A stretch of DNA of 64,000 nt, taken from positions 1-64,000 of the forward strand of contig CAVZSV010000001.1 in assembly GCA_963778115.1 (NCBI GenBank), written 5' to 3'. The translations under genes and the position numbers were made by a program. This document shows positions 20,583 to 30,990 of this stretch, piece after piece (position 1 is the stretch's first letter; each line of letters opens with the position of its first letter). Source of the DNA: an uncultured delta proteobacterium (GTDB lineage: Bacteria; Bdellovibrionota; FAC87; UBA2466). Below the pieces are notes generated by a model that saw only the letters and a list, made by a program, of their open reading frames with translations, was not told the origin of the DNA and made no database searches.

Positions 20583-20657
20583 GAAAGCCTCGATTGCGTT
20601 TATCTATTACTATGCCTTGCTTAAGGCGCAAGAGCCATTAACGGATAAAAAACTTCT

Positions 20658-21143
20658 ATGAAAATATTTTTCCTCTTAGTAACCTTTGGTTTCCTTACCG
20701 TTCCCGGAGCGTTTGCCTCTCGCTTCAACCGCCAATCCAGTCACAGCCAGAATCAAAAAAAAACCGTCGACTGGCCGGGACGTTACCAATGCGAACAATG
20801 CATGCCAACTTCGAAAAAAAGTCCTTCGCCTTCGCCCAAAACAAACCCCTGCTGGAAGTACCAAATCACTATTAACAGATACGACACCGAGCAGCGCGCT
20901 CAGATCGTCATTACCGGACCCGATGAAAATCTAGGAATTAAAGCACTAGTCAGTGGAGATGCCGATACGATCGATTTGCGTTACACCGAGGCCATGGATA
21001 CCACTCAAACGCCTCTCTCTTTCCAGAGGGACGACGTGCTAGTCTCCTTACAACATCGGGAGGATGACTATCTGCTTCGCTTTCGTAAAATTCCCTCGAA
21101 AGTCGAAGGCCAGAGCGTCATCACTTGTCCGCGCGATCCCTGA
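20658..21143 (+). CDS. Secreted hypothetical protein
   Basis: Signal peptide ending in AFA; 161 aa. Confidence 0.65.
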   Translation: MKIFFLLVTFGFLTVPGAFASRFNRQSSHSQNQKKTVDWPGRYQCEQCMPTSKKSPSPSPKTNPCWKYQITINRYDTEQRAQIVITGPDENLGIKALVSGDADTIDLRYTEAMDTTQTPLSFQRDDVLVSLQHREDDYLLRFRKIPSKVEGQSVITCPRDP

Positions 21144-21203
21144 GGTGACAATAATACGTTTTCGTGGCTAAGCTACGCCCGAACTTTAAGACAGGAGAAT
21201 GCT

Positions 21204-21647
21204 ATGGCAGAAATCCAGCTCAAGAACCGACTCTATACGGCTCAAGCGACCTCTACAGGTGGCCGAAATGGACATACGGAAAGTGCCGACCATATCGTAA
21301 GCGTTGATCTTTCCATCCCCAAAGTCATGGGAGGTCCAGGAAAGCCCGGCACCACGACGCCAGAAGATCTGTTCGCCGCAGGGTATGCGGCGTGCTTTGG
21401 TTCAGCGTGCGAGTTCGCGGGCAAGAGTATGCTTAAGCTGTCTCCCACCAGCATAGAAATTCGTTGTGCCGTGACCATAGGACAGCTTCAACAAGGAGGC
21501 TTTGGGCTTGATGTGACCCTTCAGGCAAAAATTGGAGGCCTTAGCCCCGCAGACACCCAAAAGCTTGTCGAGACCGCGCATCAAATTTGTCCTTACTCCA
21601 ACGCCGTTCGCGGCAATGTCCACGTAGCGCTTGAAACGGTAGGCTAA
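21204..21647 (+). CDS. ohr: Organic hydroperoxide resistance protein
   Basis: GGRNG, PEDLFAAGYAACF and AHQICPYSNA motifs, with an AGGAG RBS. Confidence 0.94.
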   Translation: MAEIQLKNRLYTAQATSTGGRNGHTESADHIVSVDLSIPKVMGGPGKPGTTTPEDLFAAGYAACFGSACEFAGKSMLKLSPTSIEIRCAVTIGQLQQGGFGLDVTLQAKIGGLSPADTQKLVETAHQICPYSNAVRGNVHVALETVG

Positions 21648-22015
21648 TGACAAAGCTAGTCTGGCTCTGCGGAATTTACTGCCTGGGGCTAGCTATTTTT
21701 CATATCTTTTTTTGGAAGATCTTTCGCTGGCGTGAAGAGCTTTCAAAAACATCGGTGAGTACGCGATCTATCATTCAGATCGCCAATCTTAGGCTTATCT
21801 TTCTTTTTCTTTTGATAGCCTATTTATGTTTCCGCTTTCCCGAGGAGTTGTCATCGACTCCTCTAGGAAAGAGTTTAATGGCGGGCATGGCTTTATTTTG
21901 GCTAGGGCGCTTGATCGAGCAGTTTATTTTTTTGCGCTACAACAAAATGATGATCCACGTTTTGAGCGGAGTCTTTGCATTGGGAACGGTCCTCTTTTCG
22001 GCAGTCGTATTGTAG
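21647..22015 (+). CDS. Membrane protein coupled to ohr
   Basis: Four hydrophobic segments and FHIFFWKIFRW. The start overlaps the ohr stop. Confidence 0.75.
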   Translation: MTKLVWLCGIYCLGLAIFHIFFWKIFRWREELSKTSVSTRSIIQIANLRLIFLFLLIAYLCFRFPEELSSTPLGKSLMAGMALFWLGRLIEQFIFLRYNKMMIHVLSGVFALGTVLFSAVVL

Positions 22016-22078
22016 GGGCAGGTGCCACTCTCCCTCCGAGCTCAAAAAGTACGGGTCATGTGACCCGTTCCTAAAGGG

Positions 22079-22087
22079 CCCGGAAGG
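22079..22087 (+). repeat. Left 9-bp target-site duplication CCCGGAAGG
   Basis: Identical to 23569-23577. Confidence 0.9.
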
Positions 22088-23568
22088 CTAATCATTGATC
22101 ACATCTTTCTTTAGCGAGCCACCCTTTTTCTAGAGTCAATAGTTCTGTGAGGCCCTTTCCTAGTATTTTCCAACCTGGCGGGCCATTCTGCTTAAGGTGG
22201 CCGCCGAGCCTCGCAACGGCTGAAATTGCTTCTGCGACCGTAGGATTTTCTGGGATGGGAGTTTTTGAGACCGCTCGGAGAACCGATATTTGAGTCGGGG
22301 TTAACACTACTGTCGCCGGGGTGAGTGGCCGTTGCCTGGCTTCCGCTCGCAAGAGCAGCATTCGCCAGGCGATTGGGATAAAGATTGCCAAGGCATTGAA
22401 AATGGTATCTTTCGATTCGAGTTGCCGTTCTTCAAAGGCACATCCAGTTTTGATCGCCTTAAAATATTCTTCGATAAGCCATCTGGCTCGATAGATATCG
22501 ATCACCTTTTCGATATCCGCGGGCGTATTGGTAGACTCGGTAGTGAGTAATTTCCAATCAATCGGCTCTGTTCCCTCCGGCGGATTGGACTCAAAGACGT
22601 GGACAACGTTGAGTGTCACAGTCTTATTTAATCTTGCTCCATGATGGTGACCTCGTATTAGCTCCACCCTTGCCGCTGTCGCCGATAACATGGCGGTTCG
22701 TTGCTGACGAGCGGGGTAGTCTTTTCTGTTTTGAGGTAAGGGACTTTGTGCTCTTGTTCCAACTCGGACTTCTCGTTGAAGCTTTACCGGAGCGCTCTCG
22801 AGTGAGCTGTAAAGGCTCACTCCTTCTTCTAGGTTTTCGTCTGTAACCAAACGATCTCGGCAGACTCGAATCACGCAGCGACCAGATGAATCTTTTAGTT
22901 CAGAAAGTAACTCGAAGAAATCTGCCTCACGGTCCATCACGTGAATAGGTTTCGCTGCGAAGCCCAATCTCGATTCGCTGGCCACAATTCCTCGCATCCA
23001 ACGCAGAGACTTTCTCGTCGGATCTTGTCGCGTTTTGGACGGGCTTTGATAGCCTTTCTTCTTCAGCTTAATCATTGGCTCAACCGCCACAACCCCAAGA
23101 GGTCGATGCAAACAAGATCCCACAACTAAGGAAAAATGCCCGTAGAAACCGTCTCCCGCGGAGCGACTACCACTGAGCAAACCTAGCCCCTTACGTTTGG
23201 AAGGAAATTTGAACTCAGTCGTATCGTGGAGAACCAGAACTTCCTTTTCCAGTTTCGCTCGCAAAACCGTCTGCTCAAAATGGGATGCTAAAATCGACTC
23301 CAAATTCACACGGGGATTACGCAGAAAACGGTAACCTCCCTCAATTCCAGCTCCTTCTCCTAAAAGCTTGGGTAAGGTCTCTTTAGGATCTTGGGCGATA
23401 CCGTCAGACATGTCCATTAACCTCCGGGTGAGTCGCAGATCGCCAAAATTAGCCCCAGCGAACTCATTCGACATGGACGAAAAAAACTTAGGTTCAAGAG
23501 TATTACTCATCTAAATGATTGATCAAATTTCACAGAGAAAGGCAAGAAAAGATATGTATGATCCTTAG
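22088..23568 (-). mobile_element. IS4-family (IS50/Tn5-like) insertion sequence, 1481 bp
   Basis: 19-bp imperfect ends CTAATCATTGATCACATCT (22088-22106) and CTAAGGATCATACATATCT (reverse complement of 23550-23568), flanked by the 9-bp direct repeat CCCGGAAGG. Confidence 0.93.
22092..23510 (-). CDS. IS4 family DDE transposase
   Basis: FGDLRLTRRL N-terminal domain, HDTT, MDREAD and the YREK signature YRARWLIEEYFK. Confidence 0.95.
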   Translation of the reverse strand: MSNTLEPKFFSSMSNEFAGANFGDLRLTRRLMDMSDGIAQDPKETLPKLLGEGAGIEGGYRFLRNPRVNLESILASHFEQTVLRAKLEKEVLVLHDTTEFKFPSKRKGLGLLSGSRSAGDGFYGHFSLVVGSCLHRPLGVVAVEPMIKLKKKGYQSPSKTRQDPTRKSLRWMRGIVASESRLGFAAKPIHVMDREADFFELLSELKDSSGRCVIRVCRDRLVTDENLEEGVSLYSSLESAPVKLQREVRVGTRAQSPLPQNRKDYPARQQRTAMLSATAARVELIRGHHHGARLNKTVTLNVVHVFESNPPEGTEPIDWKLLTTESTNTPADIEKVIDIYRARWLIEEYFKAIKTGCAFEERQLESKDTIFNALAIFIPIAWRMLLLRAEARQRPLTPATVVLTPTQISVLRAVSKTPIPENPTVAEAISAVARLGGHLKQNGPPGWKILGKGLTELLTLEKGWLAKERCDQ

Positions 23569-23577
23569 CCCGGAAGG
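23569..23577 (+). repeat. Right 9-bp target-site duplication CCCGGAAGG
   Basis: Identical to 22079-22087. Confidence 0.9.
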
Positions 23578-23595
23578 AGAGTGACACCTAACCTC

Positions 23596-24928
23596 CTATT
23601 CTGATAATTTCTCGGGGGTGATGACGATATCCACCCTGCGATTTTGGGCTCTGCCCTGGGCCGTCTTATTTGACGCCAAAGGATGCTCGAAGCCGTAACC
23701 GATGTCCGAAATTTTCGCACTATCGATGGCATCGTTTGCCACGAGATATTCGGAGATAGCATGAGCGCGATCCGCGGAGAGCTTCTGGTTTAAGGATTTT
23801 CCCCCGTTGGAATCGGTATAGCCTTGGACTACGACCGTCGGAGTTTCAAACCCCTTAATCACCTTTCCCACTTTAGCTAGCAGAGGAAAGTTAGAGCCTT
23901 TCAATACCGCCTCGTTCACGGGGAACTCAAGAGACCTTAATCGAATCACCAAGCTATTTCCTTGGCGATAGACTTCGGCTTCACTTTTGGTGAATTCAGC
24001 TCGTGCGGTTTCAAAGCTCTTATTAAACGAGGCTTCTGACTTTAAGTCGCCAGCTTCCACGGCAAGACCGGCAGCCGTACTTCTAGCCGTATTCAATTGC
24101 TCTTTTTCATGTTGTGTCTTGTTCTGCTCGCTCTCTATGAGAAGCGCATTCTCTTCGGAAGAGACGTTCTTTCCGGCTTTTGAGGCCAGAGTAATTTTTA
24201 GCAGATGGTTTGCCGCATTCGTCGCTTCTTCCGATCTCGACTGAACCGCATCCGTTTGGTGACGATTAGCCACAATGAAGGCTTTAGTATCGCTTACCTT
24301 TTTTTCGGCGATGGCAAGACTCTGTTTGGCGTATGTCTTGGCACCGTCTTTGGTAGCAGTCGCGATCGTAGCTTCTGCCTGTCCTAAGTTGGAAGCCGTA
24401 ATCGCCTTTAGTTCCACATCGAGATAAGCAGCCTGCAGTTTCGCGCGGTTTGAAGCAACGTCACTGAGGTTATTGTCTTCGATTTCGGAAGTAACGCCTT
24501 TCAGATCGTCATCCGCCTTACTAAAATCTTCGGGGAAGAGCTTGGGAGCTTGTGCCGTTACGGCTGCTTGCCGTGCCGCTACGACGCCTTCCAAATTCGT
24601 GCGTGAAAAGGGCCGCGAACTTGTTGGCTCGCTCGAGTTGAGCGCGACCCATGGCGACGTCATGTAGGACTTCCTTGGCATCGTCGCCCTTTTTCTGGCC
24701 GTTAATGGCGGACTTAAGAGCTTTGTCGGCTTGCTGAAATGCGGACGGAGAGAGAACGTCGACTTGACCTTCCACCGCCGTTTGCATTCCCGCTGCTAAA
24801 CGTTGCACCTCATCCGCGGGATTTGCCGTATCCGCGAACTCTTGAATCTTTGGAGCGCTACTACAGGCTCCCATACCAACTAATAACGCTACTACCATCA
24901 ACGATTGTTCTATTTTTTTTCTAAACAT
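23596..24928 (-). CDS. OmpA-domain lipoprotein, frameshifted at ~24607
   Basis: Lipobox-like VGMGAC in ORF 24521..24961 and an OmpA domain (GYTD..NQKLSADRA..NRRVDI) in ORF 23596..24681. Removing one base of the A4 run at 24606-24609 joins them. Confidence 0.82.
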
Positions 24929-24976
24929 ATATTCCTCTAATTCATTGTTAGCGTCGCTCAAGGCGACACCTTTTAT

Positions 24977-25273
24977 TTACGATAGCTTGTGAGCTATATG
25001 ACCCGACCTAACCTTCTCTGGAACAAGAGCTTTTACGGGCTCCGTCGCGGCATGTAAGGACGCTTTGAAGTTCGTGACCTCTTTGTGGGCTTGCTCTCTG
25101 GCATACCCGTAGACCTTCTGCAGCTTTGCCGACAGCAGGTCCATGTTGCCTTTCATGGAGTCGATACTTTCATCGGTTAGTTTTCCAAATCGGGTCTTGA
25201 TCTGGCCCTTTAATAGAGTCCAATCGTCTTTGATGACTTCACTCATTTTGTCTTTAGATGTGTCTTTGTTCAT
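24977..25273 (-). CDS. CsbD-like stress protein
   Basis: W..LKGQIKTRFGKLTD..LQKVYGYAREQA pattern. Confidence 0.82.
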   Translation of the reverse strand: MNKDTSKDKMSEVIKDDWTLLKGQIKTRFGKLTDESIDSMKGNMDLLSAKLQKVYGYAREQAHKEVTNFKASLHAATEPVKALVPEKVRSGHIAHKLS

Positions 25274-25446
25274 AGATACTTCCTATTCTTAAAACAAGTA
25301 TCCGGGTTTGCCAAGGAGGGGATTGCCTATTGCTGCGGCGTTCTTAAAGATTCTCTCTTTGGATTGGCTACAGGGGTAGTAATGCGCTCTTTCGTAAAAT
25401 AATAAAAATATATAATATCTATCGTATATATAGTATTAAGTTATGT

Positions 25447-26378
25447 ATGTTCAATTTCAACCATCTCTACTATTTTTACGTCACCGCCAAATCCGGGGGA
25501 CTACGGCAGCGGCAAATCACTTGCGTATTTCCCAACCTTCATTGAGCAGCCAGCTAAAAGTCCTTGAGGCCGCCTTAGATCTAAAACTCTTTAGAAAAGT
25601 CGGACGTAGCAATCAGCTAAGTGAAGCTGGCTCCGTCATTTACGGATTTTGTCGACGAATGTTCGACATCTCCGAAGAGATGAATGAACTCATTGTGGAG
25701 AGAGTTCCTTCAGCGGCTCGAAGAATAAATATAGGTGTGTCTGACGAAGTCGAACGCTCTTTTGTCGTTGAAGTAGTAAGCCTGTTCTTAAAAAAGCACG
25801 GACTCGCCCAGAGGCCCAAAGTAACGATGGTTTCAGGCACTCACGAACAATTAGTGGAACGTTTGAGATTTCGGGAGCTAGACGCCGTGGTCACCCAGCT
25901 TCCCATGTCAGATCCCGAACTCATGAGTTTAATGCGGACCGAAGTTCCCGTCGCGTTGGTGTGCTCCAGCCAACACAAAGTTCAAACGACCAATAAGCGC
26001 GCGAAGTCAGCGGCGGAGATTGAAGACCTCATCGGCGATATGGAGGCCCAATGGGTGATGCCCGCTTCCAAATTCAAACTCCGATCGGAAATCGATAGGT
26101 TTTTCGAACAGCACGAACTTAAAGGACGAATCGTCTTTGAGAGTGACGTCGTGGCATCCTTAGTAAGATCAGTGATAGACGAAATTGGCTTTTCTTTTCT
26201 TCCTCTACTCTATGTGGCCCGTGAGATTCGAGAGAAATCCATCCGCGTCCTGGGCCCCAAGGCGGGCTATTGGAAATATCGAGTCTGGCTTGGCTGCCAC
26301 AACCAAAATAGCGACGACGCCCTTATTCGATCTCTAGCACGATCGTTTAAAGACGTTTGCGATCAAGCTTTATCTTGA
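25447..26378 (+). CDS. LysR family regulator (NhaR-like), frameshifted in the G5 run at 25495-25499
   Basis: ATG 25447 reads MFNFNHLYYFYVTAKSG. One added G continues it into TTAAANHLRISQPSLSSQLK. Confidence 0.85.
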
Positions 26379-26489
26379 TGCCACTTTACGCCACGTTATT
26401 AAGCCTTTAAGCGCCCGATGGGCTTGACGTAAGTCGAAGCAAGATCTTTTCCAATTGACCTCGTGTAATACAATTATTAAACCCCATTA

Positions 26490-26684
26490 ATGAGAGAGAT
26501 CTTAAGTATTTCAGTTGCATCAGAATTGACCCACGCCATCAAGCAGCAAGCCAGGAAAGAGAGACGAACCGTCTCCGAAGTGGCTCGCGAAGCCCTTCGC
26601 AGATATTTGGATACTCTTCCTAAGACGGAAGAAACAACCACAAAAAAAATATCTCGAAAAACCAGAGGCCGTAGATCCGCATGA
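26490..26684 (+). CDS. Ribbon-helix-helix (CopG-like) protein
   Basis: ILSISV beta strand followed by TVSEVAREALRRYL. Its stop overlaps the kinase start (ATGA). Confidence 0.75.
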   Translation: MREILSISVASELTHAIKQQARKERRTVSEVAREALRRYLDTLPKTEETTTKKISRKTRGRRSA

Positions 26685-28615
26685 ATAGCCAAAGAGAATC
26701 TTTCGAACCTGCTCAATGCGATCTGCAAAAAGAGATGGATCTCCTTCGAGAGCAAAATCAAAAACTCAATCGTAGCCTTGAGCACGCGAGAGATTTGCTC
26801 GGCATTGCCCCCGCTTTCTTCGGATTCCTCTCCCCTGCGGGAAATATCATTGAGGCCAATGAGCTGTCACTTCAAGTGATTGAGTGCACGTCCGATCAAA
26901 TCATTGGAAAACCTTTTTGGGAGGCACCTTGGTGGAAACCGCTTCCAAAAAGTGCCGATCGTGTGAAAGCGGCGGTCCTTCAGGCCGCCAATGGAATATC
27001 GACGAAATTCGACATCGAGTACTGGTCTATTCAAGGAGGTTTAGGATCGTCTCGCTGGGTCACTCTGAGCATCGCCCCTTTTCGAGATGATCTTGGCATG
27101 ACGTCCAAGATAGCAGCCAGTGGTGTTGATATTACGGAAAGAAAGCTCGCCGAGGATAACGTCGTCAGTGTGCTTGAGAGTATGAATGACTCTTTTGTCG
27201 CACTTGATAGAAACTGGCGCATTACCCGCATCAACGCTCACCAGGAGAGAATTACCAACATTAAACGAGATGATCAGATAGGGAAAAGTTTTTTTGAAGT
27301 CTTTCCACGCGCTGCCGACAAGACTTCGAAGTTCTGGATCGAATATCACCGTGTTATGGAAGAAAGGACGATCGCTTGTTTTGAAGCTTTTTTTCCTTCC
27401 CTAGGGATTTGGGCAGCCATCAACGTCTACCCCACCCCAGACGGGGGGATAGCGATTTTTTATAGAAACATCAGTGAACAAAAAAGAGCCAGCGAGCAAG
27501 TCCATGATGCTCTTGGTCGTTTGGAAGAGAGCGAGGCCCGTTTTAGGCAGCTGGTAGATGCTATTCCTCAAGTTGCCTGGACGGCACGGCCGGATGGATA
27601 CGTGGATTACTTTAACACTCGGTGGTTCGAGGTTACCGGCACCCCCGTAGAGCCCCGGGGTGATGAAAGCTGGAAGCCCTACGTTCATCCGAGCGAACTC
27701 GAACAACTTTCGGAAAACTGGCGTCGGGCCATAAACACCGGAGAGCCTTTTCAGTCTCAGGTTCGGTTTCACAACGCCACTAGTGGTCGATACCGCTGGT
27801 ACTTGAGTCGTGCGATCGCAATACGCGATGGACACGGGGCGATTGTTAAGTGGTTCGGAACCCTCACTGACATAGATGAAGTGAAGCAGATTCAAGAAGA
27901 GCTCTCCCGATCGAACGCCGAATTGGCCCGATTCGCTTTCGTGGCTTCCCACGACTTAAAAGAGCCTCTGCGAGTCGTCGCTAATTATGTTCAGCTGCTC
28001 AAAATGCGGTATTCGGGCCACCTGGATTCAGAAGCCGATGAATATATCAATTTCACCGTTCAAAGTGTGAAGCGGATGTATGAGCTTATTAATGATGTTC
28101 TGGCATTCTCCCGTATCGGAGGAACTCCAGAGGAGTTCCGGGAGATCGATCTGAATTCGGTCCTGAGCGAGTCGCTTTCCAATTTAGAGACGGCCATAAA
28201 AGAGAGCGGGGCTACGATCCACTGCGCCGAACTTCCCAAGATGGTGGTGGAGCAGAATCAAATGATACAGCTTTTCCAAAATTTAATCAGTAATGCGATT
28301 AAGTATCGACGAGCCAACCAAACGCCTATCATCGATATTTCAGCGAAACGCCAAGATCATAAATGGATCTTTTCCGTCAAAGACAACGGGATCGGAATCG
28401 ACAGCAAGTACTATGAGAAGATCTTCGTCCTTTTCCAAAGACTTCACGCCAGAGATAAATACACTGGTACCGGAATAGGGCTCGCCACATGCAAAAAGAT
28501 TGTCGAGCGGCACTTGGGAAAGATCTGGGTCGAATCGAAAGTGAACCAAGGCTCCACCTTCTTTTTTGAAATTCCTATTAGTTCGGTCGCTCAATTAAAT
28601 AAGGCCTCGGCGTAA
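26681..28615 (+). CDS. Multi-PAS sensor histidine kinase
   Basis: Three PAS/PAC domains, ASHDLKEPLR H-box, NLISNAIKY, DNGIGI and GTGIGLA. Confidence 0.95.
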   Translation: MNSQRESFEPAQCDLQKEMDLLREQNQKLNRSLEHARDLLGIAPAFFGFLSPAGNIIEANELSLQVIECTSDQIIGKPFWEAPWWKPLPKSADRVKAAVLQAANGISTKFDIEYWSIQGGLGSSRWVTLSIAPFRDDLGMTSKIAASGVDITERKLAEDNVVSVLESMNDSFVALDRNWRITRINAHQERITNIKRDDQIGKSFFEVFPRAADKTSKFWIEYHRVMEERTIACFEAFFPSLGIWAAINVYPTPDGGIAIFYRNISEQKRASEQVHDALGRLEESEARFRQLVDAIPQVAWTARPDGYVDYFNTRWFEVTGTPVEPRGDESWKPYVHPSELEQLSENWRRAINTGEPFQSQVRFHNATSGRYRWYLSRAIAIRDGHGAIVKWFGTLTDIDEVKQIQEELSRSNAELARFAFVASHDLKEPLRVVANYVQLLKMRYSGHLDSEADEYINFTVQSVKRMYELINDVLAFSRIGGTPEEFREIDLNSVLSESLSNLETAIKESGATIHCAELPKMVVEQNQMIQLFQNLISNAIKYRRANQTPIIDISAKRQDHKWIFSVKDNGIGIDSKYYEKIFVLFQRLHARDKYTGTGIGLATCKKIVERHLGKIWVESKVNQGSTFFFEIPISSVAQLNKASA

Positions 28616-28617
28616 CG

Positions 28618-29052
28618 CTATTTCCAGTGAATGACACCGATACCAAGCAGCACGATACCCATTCCCACTATTGAGGATAAAGAAATAGGCTCTTTAAAAA
28701 ACAAAAGCCCCACAGAAAAGATGGCAATAGTGCTTGTTACGGAAGTAATGGAAAACAGTTTTGTGACCTCCCATCCAGAGCCGTAAGCCAATAAATAGCC
28801 GCCTTCGATTCCCACACACGCAAGCCCCAGCATCGCTGCTCCTGGAAGAACGGCGCGAAAGTCAGAGGCCCGAAGAGCGGCCGTTCCGGGCAGTACGAAA
28901 GCCAAGACCGCGGTAGCTAAGGAGCACAGCAAGTAGGTAAGCGCCAGAACGGCCCAAGGGTTCATCTGACCGATTCCAAGCGCTTTGGAACTCAAATGAT
29001 AGAGGGCTGCGGCACCTGCAATCATAATAATGGGAAGGTATTGGTTCATCAT
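28618..29052 (-). CDS. Single-domain EamA/DMT membrane protein
   Basis: Five TM segments and a GLLFFKEPIS..G motif. Confidence 0.8.
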   Translation of the reverse strand: MMNQYLPIIMIAGAAALYHLSSKALGIGQMNPWAVLALTYLLCSLATAVLAFVLPGTAALRASDFRAVLPGAAMLGLACVGIEGGYLLAYGSGWEVTKLFSITSVTSTIAIFSVGLLFFKEPISLSSIVGMGIVLLGIGVIHWK

Positions 29053-29135
29053 TACGCCTTAAACCGATGATAGCGTGCCGGCTCTCATTACTCCAATGCA
29101 TTGATCTTATATACCAATGCGTATATATCATTGCG

Positions 29136-30008
29136 ATGATGTCTCTCAATTCGGACCAACTGGACGCTTTTGAAGCGGTGGCAAGGCTAAAGAGCTTTAC
29201 GACTGCTGCCATGGAGCTGCATCTGACGCAGCCAGCCCTTTCCCGAAGGATTCAAAGTTTAGAAAGAGATCTTAATACCAGTTTGTTACTGCGAAAGCCC
29301 TCGGGGATTGAACTCACCACCGCCGGCGGAAGGTTACTACGGTTTATCGAAACTAAGCGACTTCTCGAGAACGAACTAAAAAGTGATCTCGATCAAAGTG
29401 AATCCAAAGAACCCATGGGAGTGGTTCGCATCGCGGGATATACGTCTATCTTACACAATATGGTAACTCCTGCCATCGCGTCGTTTCTGCGCAAACACCC
29501 TCACGTAGGGATCCATTACTTGGCCACTCAAGACGTTCGCCCCCACGAACGTCAGGCGGATATGCTACTAAAGGCGGAAACCGACCTGCTTCTCACTATC
29601 TCAGATTTTAGTAATCGCGATCTGATATCGCACTTCCTGGGAGATCAGCAACTCGTCGCCGTAGAAAGTACGAGATACACCGGCAGGTCCGATGTCTACT
29701 TGGATACTCGTCCCGAAGATCAGACCACGGTCGAATTTTTCAACAAACAAAAGGTTAAACAGCCCCACTACGAGCGAAGTTATCTTTATGATGAAGAAGG
29801 GATATTAAAAGGGGTCATGCAAGGCTTGGGCAGGGCCGTGGTATTTCGTTCCCTCATAAAGAAGACAATGGCGCTTCGCCAGGTCCCGGACTGTAACCCT
29901 ATGACGTGGCCCATGTACCTCGTCTACCGCAAGCAAACTCACTATCTACCGGCCATGGACGCCATACGAAGGGCGATCTTAGCCTCTAGTGGAACCCTAT
30001 TGAATTAA
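29136..30008 (+). CDS. LysR family transcriptional regulator
   Basis: SFTTAAMELHLTQPALSRRIQSLE HTH. Confidence 0.92.
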   Translation: MMSLNSDQLDAFEAVARLKSFTTAAMELHLTQPALSRRIQSLERDLNTSLLLRKPSGIELTTAGGRLLRFIETKRLLENELKSDLDQSESKEPMGVVRIAGYTSILHNMVTPAIASFLRKHPHVGIHYLATQDVRPHERQADMLLKAETDLLLTISDFSNRDLISHFLGDQQLVAVESTRYTGRSDVYLDTRPEDQTTVEFFNKQKVKQPHYERSYLYDEEGILKGVMQGLGRAVVFRSLIKKTMALRQVPDCNPMTWPMYLVYRKQTHYLPAMDAIRRAILASSGTLLN

Positions 30009-30075
30009 AGGTGATTATCGTCTCGCCCCCCCGTTTCTCGACTAAATTTTTTACGCGTGGTATAAACCCGCCCCT

Positions 30076-30990
30076 ATGAAAAGTACCGTGGTGGGTGTTG
30101 TTTTCGTGCTGCTGTTTAATCTTACGCAGTCGACCCAGATCGTAACGTTGGGCCAGATATTACAAACCACTGACCCCGTTGTAGTAATGCTACTTACTTT
30201 CTCCATAGCAGCCGTAGTTTTTCTGACCCTCCAGCTACCTCACGTGAGTGCTCTGTTTAGCTGCCTCAAACGATCGCCCTCTAATGTGATTGGTCTCAAC
30301 GTTTCGACGGTACTAGCTTGGCTTTCGATCCTCTTTGCTCTGAAGTATATCGAACCTGCCGCTGCGGACGCCATCGGATTTGCCATTGGCCCCGTCATCA
30401 CCGCCGTTTTTTGGAAACAACTTCGTCCCGAAAAGCCCGTCGTAAGAAAAGAGCTGATGGCTTCGGTGGGGATCATCGTTGGCGTCATCGTTCTCACGCT
30501 GGTATCCTGGCACGGCATCAGTGCGATGGGAGAGATTCCGCTAAGACATCTTTTTGTCGGATTTCTGGGATCTGTCCTTTGCGGCATCGGAGTTGTGGGT
30601 AATACTATTTTCTCAAAGCGGCTATCCGAAAAAGGATTCACCACGGGACAACTGCTTGCGGTGCGTTTTTTTCTTCTCATTCTAGTAGGCTTTGCTTTCT
30701 GGCCTGCCAAGGTAAGTCTTTCTCACTTCTCTTCTTCCTTTTACGAAAAGATTGGTCTTATTTCCCTCTTCGGTGTCGTCTTGCCGCTTTATATTCTCCA
30801 ATTAGGGATTGAACGTTGTGAACCGATCACGATCTCTCTCATTCTTTCACTTCTGCCTGCCTTTTCCTATGTCGCCCAATTTTTCGACAACCGCTTACAA
30901 AATTCGCCGTGGTCGCTGGTGGGCATTGTCATTTGTATCTATTTCACGGTAATGGGAGTTAAGGCCCGTTTTCAAGTAGGTGGTGCGTGA
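30076..30990 (+). CDS. EamA/DMT family transporter
   Basis: About ten TM segments with a duplicated EamA pattern. Its stop overlaps the ATP-grasp start. Confidence 0.82.
   Translation: MKSTVVGVVFVLLFNLTQSTQIVTLGQILQTTDPVVVMLLTFSIAAVVFLTLQLPHVSALFSCLKRSPSNVIGLNVSTVLAWLSILFALKYIEPAAADAIGFAIGPVITAVFWKQLRPEKPVVRKELMASVGIIVGVIVLTLVSWHGISAMGEIPLRHLFVGFLGSVLCGIGVVGNTIFSKRLSEKGFTTGQLLAVRFFLLILVGFAFWPAKVSLSHFSSSFYEKIGLISLFGVVLPLYILQLGIERCEPITISLILSLLPAFSYVAQFFDNRLQNSPWSLVGIVICIYFTVMGVKARFQVGGA

Noticed and set aside
21204..25273. Composite transposon carrying ohr or ompA
   Set aside because: There is only one IS copy, and the target duplication directly flanks it.
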